From: Microbotryum violaceum
Taxonomy: Eukaryota
DNA length: 64,000 nucleotides
Assembly (NCBI GenBank): GCA_001244265.2
Contig: CDLV01000014.1
Location: 434,001 to 498,000, forward strand
Direction of reading: 5' to 3'
The notes under the pieces are model-generated. The model saw nothing but the letters and a program-made list of their open reading frames with translations. It was not told the origin of the DNA and ran no database searches. Positions within the stretch are counted from its first letter, which is position 1. Each line of letters begins with the position of its first letter. Shown here one piece after another: positions 12,833 to 31,112 of this stretch. Made by a program: the position numbers and the translations under genes.

Positions 12833-13728
12833 TTTTGAAGCTGTCCTTTGTATTGTGTGTTTTACCTTCAACTGAGATCACGATTCTGCTATTTAATTTT
12901 CATCCTCCCGTTAATTTAACGGGTTCCCACTGGTCTGAGGCAAAAGAGTAAGTCGCACTCACGTTATCGCACTCAAGCTCGACGCCTGTCGCGATCATGG
13001 ATGGCACGGTCTCGATTTTGAGATCGTAAATGAATTGTCGTCCGAGTAAAGCGCTCACAGAGCACTGGCTTCGAGGATAAGACGGGGCGCACTCACTGCC
13101 TTGGGTACCCGGACGCCCGACGTTCGACAGAAATATATCCCCTGTATCATCGACCATGGCTCCTGTGCGGAGCTTTCTGCTGAAGACAGCTGCTCTTCGT
13201 CAAACAGCTTTGATTCGTTACGCAGAGATGGGCTGTGGGGTAGCACGAGCTCGAGAACGTCTTGGAGCGTCATCGGAGCGTTCGAGGTGGGAGTCGCAGC
13301 AGGCACTGCAGAGAACGCCGTTCATCGTGAGGTGCAATATGAAGTGGAAGCGGGGTCGTATGGAGCCTGGTAACAGTCGGCAACAGTAAACCTAGTGCGG
13401 TATCCTTGGCAGTATCGGTGTCCACGCGACGACAGAGCATGTTGTGCCAGAGTCGTCGCCCAAGTCGAAACCAAGTACGTGCCCGGCGCGGCGCGGCCAA
13501 GCAAGCGACTTCTAGGCCAGTGCTGGAGTGCTAATCTCTGCTGCATGCTGGTCAGTAGCAACTCAAGAAATTTGCCCAGAGTAGGTTATACAACAACAAC
13601 AACATATCTCATTCCACAAAATGTTACGAAACCCTAAGAATCAGATCCAAAGACCCACCCCTTCCCTGTCGTCCGGCGCAGGGTCCGTTCCCGTCTGTTC
13701 ACCCTTTCGACCGTTGGACTCGTCAAGG

Positions 13729-15468
<1,740 letters not shown>

Positions 15469-15846
15469 AGTGAGCGATCGAGGGTGTGTGGGAGGGCGTA
15501 TGTACGGGGAGAGAGAGAGAGAGAGAGAGACGCACAAGGAAATCCGGGCGGCGGGTTCGGCTGCCAGTGAGTTTAGGGTTTTTGGGTGAGCTCAGATGTT
15601 CAGTATGAAACGAGTGGTTACATTCATTCGAAACAAGAGGTTCAAACAGACAAAATGACATTCTCCCGTCTCAAGCGCTGCAGGCAATCCCAAACCCCTC
15701 GGAACGACGGCGCGCACGGACCCAGTCGTAAACTTGCCCCAAGCCGAGGCGCGTCGCTACGCGTCCTCTTCCCTCTAGCTGGAATTCTCATTCTCATTCT
15801 CATCCTCATCCTCCGCAGCACCGCACCGCACCAGCCCACGCCCACG

Positions 15847-17126
15847 ATGGATTCCGACGACTCTGACGTATCGGCCGTTCGTCTCCACCGTCGGCAATCC
15901 AACGCTCGTCTCTTCCACGCGTCGTCCGATGGCTCCGATGGCTCCGCCTCTGCCTCGAATGCCGACGTGCGTTCCGTGATCGCGTCCAAACGAGCTCGTA
16001 ACGAACGTGAAGCCTCTGCTGCTTCTTCCACTTCGAGGAGGACCATCACCACGTGTGACGGGAGGAAGTTGACTAAACGAGCTTTACCGAGATTCTTAGG
16101 GGATGAGGATGAAGGCGGTGGTCAGAATCGGGTACTGGATGATTTGTTCGGCGATTTGGAGCGCGTTCCCGCGTTCAATAAGGCGACCGATCGGGATAGG
16201 GCCAATGCTCGTGACAGGGAAAGCGGGGGGGGCAGTGCACAAGTGGAGGTGCTGGCTCCGGTGGAGGAAGATCCCTGGGCTGAAAACCTCAATGGGATCG
16301 ATCCTGTCGGTGGTTTGGCGTCCACTTTGGGCGTCGATGGGGTTTCGGCCAAGAAACAACGACAACCTCTGGCCAAACTCAACGACGTTCGACTACTCGG
16401 TCCCTCTGGTTTCCCCAAACTCCTGGACAACGTTCAGAAATTCAAGATCAAAGGTGTCAAGGGGGAGGAGACGAAGGATCTCAAGAGGGTGTTGAGGATG
16501 TATCAGTTGTGGTGTCACCAGATGTACCCCAGGACCAACTTGACCGATACGTTGAAGGTCGTCGAAAAGCTGTGTCATAAGCGGTCCGTGCAGGTGAGTT
16601 GGCCGGGGGAGCGGTCGTGCGTTCCAGGAAAAAAAGTGGGAAAATGTAACTCATACCTATTCGTTGTTCACAGTCGGCCCTCAAACAATATCGAGAAGAA
16701 CACAAACTCGCGACTCAACCCCCACCCCCCGCCGAAGCCCTCCTCGACACCGAAGATCAAGACGGCCAAGCCTTTGACCAGACACACGGACTCTCATCGC
16801 CCGGTTCTGCGGGCCCTTTGACGAGGCTGGATGCGGATGAAGTGTTGAAGGAGATGAATGACGGTGAAGGGATGGATGAGGCTATGGAGGATGATTGGGA
16901 TGAGGAGGCGTTCGAAGCCATGTTGGCGAATGAAGAGGAGGTGTTGGAGAGTTTGGGGAGGGAGGCGAGCACGACGGAGACGCAGGGCGGAGCGAGTGCG
17001 GAGGTGAGGAAGGATGTACGGCTAGCACCGGCTGCGCAGGAGGAGGAAGATATCCCGGATGACTTGAACGAAAATGACTGGATGGACGATGAGGCTGAAG
17101 CGGCGATGAGGGAATTGGAGGGATGA
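15847..17126 (+). CDS. CSM3: Replication fork protection complex subunit Csm3/Swi3/Tipin
   Basis: Swi3-domain-like KLNDVRLLGPSGFPKL...DLKRVLRMYQLWCHQMYPR...VEKLCHKRSVQ. One intron at about 16594-16673. Acidic C-terminus ending AEAAMRELEG. Confidence 0.85.
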
Positions 17127-17281
17127 GAGCAGAGTTTGCGCAGGATGCTTCTTGAAATTGTTGTAATGTAGTGCTCCTCGGGTACTTTCGAAACGACGTA
17201 ATGCAGAAAACGTATTAGCCATTGCATGGTGTTCCCCCTTTCCTAAACCAACCCCAAACGCCTCTATTAATTCGGTTGTCT

Positions 17282-18832
17282 CTACGCCACATGAACTTTA
17301 GCGAACGCGTTGACCAAATCGTTCGTCAAACTATCCTCTTGCTCCTTCTTCTTCTCTCCCTCCCCGCTCTCACTCTCCCCGTCCTCCTCCCCGTCTTCCT
17401 CCTCCTCCTCTTCCCCTTCATCCTCCTCCAACTCGTCCAACTCGTCCAAACCCTCTTCATTGCCCCACTTGGCCAAAGCCTCCCTAATCTTCTCATAACA
17501 CTCATCCCCTTCCTCGCCCAAATTCCCATTCAATTCCAAATCCTTCAATTCACGCAAATGGCCCTCGATCGCTCTCGCGAGTTCGAGTAGGGGCACGGCG
17601 TTCATTTCGTTGGATTGGAGTTTGAGCGATCGCAAGTGCGGGTTCGACCCGGTGGAGAGCGTGGTGAAGATGGAGAGCGCGCCTTTGGGACGCAGCAGAC
17701 AGTCCGAGAGGTTGAGGGTGTGTAGATTGGGCCAGCTGTAAAAGGCCCACCAAGTCAGGGAGAGGGTGCGGCGTCAGTTTTTCGGTTCGGCTCGAGAGAT
17801 CGCGGGGGCTCGGAAGGACGTACAAAGGTAAACTCCTCGCAATCGCTTTGGACCCTCTCTGCGTCGCCGTATTGTCCTGCAAATCCAACACCTCCAAAGC
17901 CTTGTTTTCCCGCAAACCTTCGACGATAGCTTCGATGCCTTCCATACGAATTCCATTTTGGGGCATGCGGACTTCCTTCAAGGATTTGAGAGCGGCAAAG
18001 GCTTTGGCGAACGCGGTAGAGGAGCCGTTCTCGAGTCGGTTGCGGCCTGATCAAAATGGTCAGAGGTCTAGCCCCAGAGCTGGAAAAGAAAAAGCTCTAC
18101 TGCACTCACCACAGATGATGGTCGTCAACGTGCTCGGTCGATTGTGCTTGTTGTGGTTCGCGGCATTGTCGAACAATGCGCCAGCGATCATGGCTCCACC
18201 CGCGGGTCCCATACCGTTATTGTTGAGTTTGAGGACGCGCAAGTTGGGGTGAGTCGAGATGAACTCCAACCTGTTGGAAGGACATTACATTAGTGAATGG
18301 GGTGGCCGGTTGGAGAAGCGACAAGCTTTACGGCTGAACTGACATGGGTTCAGCGGACCTGCCCCCAAAAGCGTTATCACTCAAGTTCAGCTCGGTCAAG
18401 CCATCGACCTTCAACAAACTCGTACACAAACTCTTCAACGCCAACGGGATCTCGGAGATCAACCTCGAGGTGAAGATGTCACTCAGGTCGACCGTTTGGA
18501 GATCTTTTTGGGTCTCGAGCGTGGAGGCGAGTCCGATGGAGGCGGGAACGCCGAGGGTGTTGCCGCCGAGGATGAGGGTCGTGATGGGGGGTGAGTGGGT
18601 CGAGATTTGGGTGAGGTACGGTTCGATCGAGGGGAGGTCATCGAATTTGAGGGCGCGGCCTTGTAGACTGAACGTCGAGGAGGGCGTCGACGTGGAGTCT
18701 TGAGAGGTGGGACAGGGGGGGGGGGACAGGGGGTTAGGTGATGCGAAGCATGCGCGTGGGGGAGGAGGACTTTGAGGAAGGTGGGGGGAGCTCACCCTTT
18801 GGTGTGGAGGTGGTCTCGGGCGTGGAAGCCAT
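17282..18832 (-). CDS. RNA1: Ran GTPase-activating protein (LRR)
   Basis: LGGNTLGV, DLSDIFTSRLISEIP, LNLSDNAFG, LNNNGMGP.GG, ICGRNRLENGS, MPQNGIR, LDLQDNT, acidic tail. Several introns. Confidence 0.93.
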
Positions 18833-18898
18833 GGTGGGCTGGGCGAGAAGGGAGGCTGGGCGACGTGGCTGAAGGAACGGAAAGCGGACTGATGACGA

Positions 18899-18940
18899 CA
18901 AGGCAGCACAAGGCAAGCACAAGGCAGCAGAAGGCAGCCG
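18899..18940. repeat. Imperfect CAAGGCAGCA tandem repeat (about 4 copies) in the RNA1/MRPL9 divergent promoter
   Basis: caaggcagca-caaggcaagca-caaggcagca-gaaggcagcc. Confidence 0.7.
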
Positions 18941-19096
18941 TGGCAAAAGCGGATTAGAAAACCCCAATTGGACCTTACACCGTCGCTCCGCAAGCGCGAC
19001 TCGCGAGGCGGCCTCTCCCGCAAGCTTCACTGATAGTGAAGGTTGTTTTACCGTGAGCTTCCTCCTGTTTCGCACCTTCAAATCTACCCGGCCAAG

Positions 19097-20363
19097 ATGC
19101 AGTCCCTCACCTCAACTCTACGCTCCGTATCCCTCGTCTCTCGACGATGCATCTCTTCCACCTCCGCTGCGACAGCGACCAGCTCCACCTCACCCACAGC
19201 GACGGAACGCACGTCCACTGCCTCCGATCCGGTCTGGACACCTTACACCAAACGGACCGGTGTGTTGGCGAGAAAGCTGGGCATGACCGCATTGTGGCAA
19301 CAGGGGGTCAGGGTACCTGTTACGGTGTTGCATGTACGTTCCTCAAGGGCCGCGATTGGGTGTGGCTTTCTCCTCTGCCGGTGGTTTGCTTGCTCTCTTG
19401 GGATGCCTCGAGAGGAGGAACAGAGGGCGGGACTGATCCACCGAGTGCTAACGTTTCCTATTCCTATTGCATGCAGCTCGACGACGTCCAAGTGATCGAA
19501 TCGCGTTCCTACCCCGCGACGTCCAAGTCCCCCGCGCACCACTCTGTCATCGTCGGTGCCAGTCCCCGAAAGCGGAAAACGACCCATAACGCTCTTCTCG
19601 GTCAATTCAAAAAAGTCGGTGTCGAACCCAAGATGAGGTTGGCCGAGTTCGAGGTCACCGAAGACGCGTTAGTGCCGAGTGGTAAGTTCTTGACGCGCAC
19701 CCCTTCCCCAACAAGCTTGGTGGTTAAGAGGGGGAGCTTACTCTTGGTTGAACTTGGGGTACAGGCACTCGTTTTTCGGCGGCGCATTTCGTTCCGGGAC
19801 AACATGTTGATACGCAAGCACCTTCGTGAGTCATTCAATTTGGGATCCCAGCCCCCACGAAACCCCACCCCAATGCTGAACAACCCCCTTTTCTGAACAG
19901 GATCGGCAAAGGTTTCCAAGGTCCGATGAAGCGTCACGGATTCAGAGGTCTTCGCGCCTCGCACGGTACCTCCGTATCCCACCGTTCGCACGGTTCAACC
20001 GGTCAACACCAAGACCCCGGTCGGGTCTGGCCGGGTAAGAAAATGGCCGGTCGAATGGGAGGCAAGAACGTCACGACGCAGAATTTGCTCGTGCATAGGA
20101 TCGATACGTTGCATAACGTGCTTTACGTCAAGGGGTGTGTACCCGGCGCTCCCGGGGGTTTCGTCAGGGTCGTGGACGCGAAGAAGAAAGTGGGGTGGAA
20201 GGCGTTGAGTAGGGAAAAGTTTGGGTTGGGGAGGGAGGAGGGGGAGGTGTTGGAAGGGGTCAAGGGGTTACCTATGCCCGCTGGGAGTGTGGAAATGGTG
20301 CAGAGGTTGGGTTTGCCGAGGGAAGTTGAAGTCAATCTGAAGGTCGTTCTGAAGGATGCGTAA
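19097..20363 (+). CDS. MRPL9: Mitochondrial large ribosomal subunit protein uL3m
   Basis: R/S/T-rich presequence; [73 protein letters not shown]. Three introns. Confidence 0.93.
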
Positions 20364-20982
20364 GAGGGACGAGAGGGGGGGGGGGAGGTTGTAATTTCGA
20401 TCGGCGGCCTAAGATTCGAGAATAGAACGGGCAGCGATCGTGGACGACCGAGGCGACATGAGGTCGTGCGATAAGGTCAAGGCTCTAAGATAGTAGAGTG
20501 TTTTTGTTCTCGCGAGACATGACCAGCGCAGGAGGTAGGAAGACACGAGGAGATCGACGGCACGCCTTTCTTCTTCCACACGATTAACCGACACGGGCCG
20601 AATGAGAGACGTATTTGGTGGTGCAGAGATCCTTGCTATAAAGGCATTTCAATGACGTTGTTTCACGCGCAAAGAAAGCACAAGACCGCATGTAGTGGTC
20701 TAGCTGACAAAGAGGGGGGACCGATGCGCCGTATTCACGCGCCGCGCGCTAGTGTGAAATGTGAAACGTATTATTCAAAAAGTGCCATAATCACACGGAT
20801 TTGGAGAGCGCGCTTATACGCTGCTCGCTCGGGTATTACGTACGCCTCTTGGTTCCGCTCGTGCAAAGCAACACAGCAAGCCTCTCCACAACATGGTCAG
20901 TACGCCCGACTCGGTCACGAAGGAAAGCTGCAGGATGCTGACACCGCGTGAGGCGCTCGTAGGATCCCACATCGCCAGAACA

Positions 20983-21034
20983 TGGTGGTGGTGGTGGTGG
21001 TGGTGGTGGTGGTGGTGGTGGGAATGGTGGTGGG
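20983..21034. repeat. (TGG)n microsatellite upstream of the UBP15 start; a second (GGT)n tract at about 21686-21710 lies in an intron
   Basis: About 13 perfect TGG units, read directly. Confidence 0.9.
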
Positions 21035-21214
21035 AATGCGACTCCCACCGCCAATCTGACCGCCAACCCAGCCGCGCACGCCCAGCCAGCGCCGCCGCAG
21101 CAACCGGCCGCGGGCGTCCTAGTACCAGCTGACGAGTCACAGGCACAGACTGGCGGTGGTCGTGGCTCGGTGTCCCCGTCTTCTGGCACAGCGGGTCCGC
21201 CGACGGTCGCCCCA

Positions 21215-25321
<4,107 letters not shown>

Positions 25322-25948
25322 ACGGCGAAAGATCGTCACTAGGACAACGTCTTCGCGTTTCTCGTTCGATCGTCGGTGGGCTGGGATGTCTGTGTGCATG
25401 TGTGTGTGATATTCCGAACCCGTCTCTTCCCCCTTCGCCTTCCGCCCACTTCCGCCTTGTTTTCTTCCTTATGGTCGCCACGACCTCCGACCTCTTCCTC
25501 GCAGGTTTGCTTTTTTTGATGCCGATACACACGCCTCCCCCTTATGCAACTCACAAAACACCCTGCCCTTGCAAACGTCAGCATCGATCGGGATTGCAAC
25601 CTTCCCTTTTTCTCTTCCCCCGTTTTATCGAAAGCGTTTCCCTTGTTCATCGCGTAGTTTTCTTCTTCCATCTGCTCTTTCTTTTTCCCTTCTTTTTTTC
25701 TTGCCTGTCTTCTGGCTCTTCTCGAGAGATTTTTTTCTTGTATGAAATAGCAACAACTGCCTCCTTCCGAACACTCTTATGAAGCAGCATGCTCCTGGCT
25801 CCGGGCATTTCTGACAACATGGGTCGAGCCAGGGATTACTGTTTCGCCAAAACATAACTAAGGAGCAAGGACTATTAGAGCACTTCTACTAGGGGAATAT
25901 GACCAGAAGGGGCGGTATATGAAAATGAGAGACGAGCACAAGGCGTCG

Positions 25949-28900
25949 TTAATCGACCTTGATCTGGGACCAATCGCGCACCGTTCCCGCGCCGGGACCG
26001 AACCTCCGATTCTTCTTGATCTGAGCGACCTGTTCGGCATACACCTCATCGCTCTGTGCGTCATTCGTAAGGACAAGGTTCCCGTACCGACCTCGTCCGA
26101 CGCCAACCCATTTCAAAGCGTGCGTCTCGTCACCGCCTCTGACGGCCTCGGATTCAGCCACGGAGCGTAGGCCGATCCCACGCGTCGCATTCGCGAAGCG
26201 AACGCGGTAGATGCGCTTCTCTGCTGGAGAAGTGGGCATGGCGTCTTCTCCACCTCGTCCGAAACGAGGTTCGGCACGTAGACTCGAACGACGTACCGAG
26301 GCGTCGTCTTCGGTTCGAGGCAGGAACGCCTCCCCTCCGACTGGGGAGAGCGGGTCACTACTCGTTGACGAGCCCCTTCGAGCAGCGCTTCGACCTGACG
26401 AATAGGAGACGTAGGTCGTATCGCCGACAGATGACTCGATGGAGGCGCTACTGACTTTCTTGGGTTTGAAACCAAAGAACGATAGACGCTTGGTTTTAGT
26501 ATCACTGGTGATAAAGGAATCACCGTCCCCGCCTTCGATCGACGTCTCAGACGCGAGTGAATGGATCGATCGAGAGCGGCCGGTCGAGCTCCCGGATGTC
26601 GAATTGATCGAGGGCGAGGAAGACGAGGCTCGCATGAGGTTGCGGGAGGTACCGACCGAGTCGACCGTTAGCGCGGGGGCGCCGAGTTGCGAGTTCGTCT
26701 TCTTGCGACCGAAGCCGAAGATGGCGCTGCTGCGTTTCGAAATGGAGCCCGTGGACGAGTTGATCGAACCGGTCGAGGAGCGCAGAGAAGGCGAAATGTT
26801 GGACGTCGCAGATGAGCTGGACATCATCGATACGGAGCGAGCGATCCCCGATGGGGCCAAGCCAGGAGGAGAACGATATCTCGACTTGGCCTCGGGGTTG
26901 CGATCGTCTTGGTACATCGGTGTAATGAGGTCGACAATCTCATCAAAGTCGTCGTATTCACGTTCGGTGCCTTCGTCGTCGTCCTCTTCGATCGCGTCAT
27001 GTCGAACGTCACTTGGAGAGCTTGCTGAGCTGACTCTCCTCTCCTTGCGTGCACGAGTCGGGAACGTCATGCGTGGTGGAGGGGGACTGCTGACGTCAGA
27101 AGCGGAGTCATTCGAGTCATCTTCGCTGGCGCCATCGCCGGCCGTGGCGTTGTGCAATGCGTTGGCTGCATCGTAAGCCGCCTGTTGGGCAGCGAACTCG
27201 ACCTTCTCGTGGGCGGCAAAATCCTCCGGCCCAAGCTCGGCCATGACTTTTTGGAGCTCTTCCAGGAAGCCTGTGAAAAAGTGAAGCCAGACTAAGCTTC
27301 CATTCTGTAACAAGGAAATTCCTCGAAAACGACTGACCTTCGGGCGCCGGAAACTCGAGGTCTCCCCATTCCGTCTTGGCGTTGGGTGAGCTGACGAGGC
27401 GCGCACCATCGATCACGACGACTTCCTCGGCCACAGGCACTCCTTCTGTCTGCCCAGCCTGTTCGGCTTGGAGCCTCTGTCTTCGGCGTGCACCGGCAGA
27501 CGAGTAGTCGACTTCCCCTTCGTTTAAGAACAAGGCCTTCTCGGACTCGCCGTTGCCTTCCGATTCGACGTTCGAGAGTGATCCGTTCCCGCCCTTGGTC
27601 CCAAAAGCACCAGGCAGGTCGTCGGTTTCGTTGTCAGAAGTCTCTGGCGAAGTAGTATCTTCCTTCGGCGCGGCTCGTGACTTGGGTCCCGCCGTTCCCC
27701 ATCCCCAACTAGCAACAGCGCCGAGACCGCGCCACGCTGTGTACCCAACGGCGAGGCTACCAGTCACAAGGGCTCCGACCGCTGCCACGCCAATGTCAGT
27801 CGCCGTACTTCCACCGGCTTCTCCTGTGGCATTCGAAGAATCTGCCGACTGAGCTTTGGGGTTCGCCTCTTCCACCGTCGCACGTGCCTCCGGAGGTGTG
27901 ATTGTGCTTTTGGTCGAATTGGACGAGGGCGCCGAGAAGAGATTGATGGTCGGGGTGCGCGTGCCAGAGTCAGATTCTACATCGTTGCTGATACTCGGGC
28001 GAGGGGTGGCGAAAGTCTGGTCGGAAGATCCAAAACCGCCCTCATCCTCCTCCTCTTCTTCCTCTTCTGACGAGGGCTCGGGGTACGCAGGACGAGCCGA
28101 AACGGCGGCGGCGGCGGCAGAAGCAGCCTCCTCCTTGCGACGAGTCTCCCGTTCGCGTTGTGCTTGCATTTCACGCTTAAGATCCGATGCGGCACTTGGA
28201 GAAGGCTCCGACGAAGCTTGAGGTGCAGTGGGAGAGGCGAAAGTGGCAAGAATTTCCTTGGGAGGCTGGACAACCACGGGTGCAGGCGTAACCATTGCCG
28301 ACGCGGCAGCGGTCGCGCCGGGTGCAAATGAACCAGCTTGCATAGAGGTACGCCTCGAGGTCCGGCTGAGCGTCGAGGGCATTCGAAGACCGAGGCCGGC
28401 GTATGAATATGAAGAGGCGGAATCATTCGAGCCACCGGTAGGCACAGTCGTTGAGGTTGGCTCAGCGGAGGTGTATATTGTCGCGCTCGAGGAAGCCGTC
28501 GATAGTGAGGGTCGGTCAAGACTGGCACTGGCTGCTTGCGACGGTGCAGGCTCGGCTGTTGGCTCGACTACAAGCTGAGACTCGACGCTGGGAGGAGGCT
28601 TGCGCGAAGGTGAAGGATCACTGTCACGACTGGTGGCGGGCGACAGATCCGAGAACGATCCATCGCTGAGAGCAGGTGACGCGCCGAGCAGTGGGGTTTT
28701 GGCCCCTGGAGCTCGCAACCTCTTGGGCCGCGGTGGGGCCTCGGACGATTTCTTTCGCGAGTCAGAAGAGTTCCTCGACGTCGAGCGACGAGGTAACACG
28801 GCAGAGGAGGACTCGGCTCCGGATTGATGCGCATCCAAGGTGTCTGACGAAACAGAGCGAGGTACTTGGGGCGGTGGCTGCGAAGGGGCCAATTGAGCAC

Positions 28901-30405
28901 GGTCGACTTTCTCGCTCGAGCGTCCTTCGGGTTCGACAACGCTGTCGCCCTTACACACGGCTTCATCCTCGGCCTCGGAGAGTTTCTGAGATTCGGTGTT
29001 TATAGTGGAAGTGGGTCCTGCAAGCTCGCTTTCCGTGAAGAACGATCGCGGCGAGTCCATGGAGGTGACGACCGGCGGTGGGGACACGGCGCGCTCATCC
29101 AGGCTCCCAAGACCATCTTTCTCCGCAAGAGCCGAATTCTCATCGATGGTTGTTGGTGCTTCCTGATACAAGAACGCCGAGTCGTGGGAATTGTCGTACT
29201 CGCTCGAGGCGTCGTCGTCGGTCGTGGTTGACGTCGAAGATGTCTGTCGAACACGCGACTCGACCGGGGCGGGTTCGGACAGCTTGCGGCTCAAATACTG
29301 GGATGCCATTGAGGATGACTTCGAAACGGGGACGTTCGTGATGGCTTGGGTGAAGTGACTGAATCCGGCCTCCATCGAAGAATCGGGCGAGTCGATACCT
29401 CGTACTAAAGTTCGCAGATTGTCATCGGCTAAATGGTTCTCGTCATACCCGTCGACGGTCGGAGACAGCTCTTCTTCCTCGAATGAGTCGTCGGCATGCG
29501 TCGAAGCTACTCCATAGTCCGGTGTCGGTCGATCAAGAGCAAAGGCTTCCGACCTGATGCTAGGCTTGGTCATTTCGGGCGAAAGGAACGGTCGCTCGAC
29601 GGTCGCATTCGCTGCTGATTGAGATGGCAGACCCGCAGGGATTTGCTTAGGGCGTTGGTCCAAGTTGGTCGTGTAGGTGGCTCGCTTCGGAGAGCTCCCC
29701 TTGCGCGATTTGGAAGGTAACACTTGGCTCTTGGCGTAAACGGATCCAGTTCCCGAATCTCCGTTTGAAGATGAAGGAGTGGAAGAGTTGGGGACCCTCG
29801 AAGGCGAAGAAGGGACTCGCGAACTCGCGGAAGCTGGGCTTTTGGCGCGCTCCGAGTTGATCGGCAATGACTTGCCGACTAGTGGTCCTGGGGACGGCTT
29901 ATTCACATTGGCGCCGATGCCGCCCAACCCCAAGCCACCGAGGCGGGGTGCGCCTCTGACTCTTGATGAGGACGACGAGAGCGGGGTTACTGGTGACGAG
30001 CTCGCTCCGGTGGTGCCGTTGGACGAGGTGAAGGCATTCGAATTGGTGCCTGCCCCGCCGTTCGAAATGGCGGAGGCGGGGGTGGGCGACGAGAGCCCGT
30101 ACTGGCCTCCTGCAGGCGCTCGGTTGTTGGACCGAAAGAAGGCACCCTGTGTATTTCAACAGTGCATCAGCATGTATTTCCAGCAGGCACTGCTCTTCTC
30201 AGCGCGGGCCGAGGGTGGCGAGGGGTGGCGGGGAGCGATCGACCCAGTGACGCTAAAGCGAGCAGCGGCGCAGCCAATATCGTAAAGGGGAAGGCCGGAT
30301 GATGGCCGTCGGCGGGCGGGTTCCTAGCTCTGGGCCCAGGACAGAGCAACTCACATACTCGGGCCCAGACTCGGGCTGGTCATAGCCTTGAGGGCGGTAT
30401 GCCAT
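25949..30405 (-). CDS. Large (about 1400 aa) Ser/Pro-rich protein of unknown function with a short globular-looking C-terminal domain
   Basis: Exon 1 MAYRPQGYDQPESGPEY (30405-30355) splices in phase 0 to GAFFRSNN.. (about 30146). Long ORFs 27117-29933 and 25949-27409 are joined by an intron at about 27272-27337. One hydrophobic segment IGVAAVGALVTGSLAVGYTAW. Confidence 0.75.
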
Positions 30406-31112
30406 GGTTTAAGGTATGTCGGACCCCTCACAGTCGAGGCAAAGCTGCTTATGGTGCCGTTATCGTGTGCGAGTGGGGTGAGGACGGACGGAGACATGGG
30501 AACGCGCTGACCCCGCGAGAGCAGCAGGCTTGAGGAGGCTACTAGTTGGGCGGCGGCGGGCGCCGCGTCGGAACAGTTCGGCCGGCGACGCACCTCGGCG
30601 ACGGCACTGCGGGGGCGGCTACAGTACAGTGAAACTACTCGACCTGAAGCTACTAGACTCAGGGGGTGAGAAGGGTGGGGTGTTTTACGCCTTCTTCTCG
30701 AGAAATTCAAGTCGTTCGTGTCCTGAGTGACAAGCGGTGCTTTGCGCACTGCCTTTCGACCTCAAGTAGTTCTTTCTCATCTCCGAAAGCTGGTTGCCTG
30801 TGGCTGCGGAGCCGGCGGCGACTCGAGCCAGCGTGCTCGTTGAGTGTGGGGCCCTCGCTTTCGTCGGCGGCTCGGTCGTAGACTCGGCTCAAGTCCGTGC
30901 ACGGCGACCCATCAATCGGGCCGATTTTCGGGAAGCCCTCATCGGCCTCCAAAAGATGAGTGTGATCAAAGGATTGTTCTCATCACCGTCCTCCCAACGG
31001 AGCAGTGAGCTTGCAAGAGCACTGCGCGGATTTGAACGGAACAACGTTGCGGCATATATATGAAGACGCGAAGCCGTCGCTGAGAACTTGCATATGATAA
31101 CGAATCTTCCTT

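Noticed and set aside
13381-13396. CTAG followed by T (canonical Helitron end + target) at about 13392
   Set aside because: No convincing hairpin upstream; kept only as an alternative 3' end.
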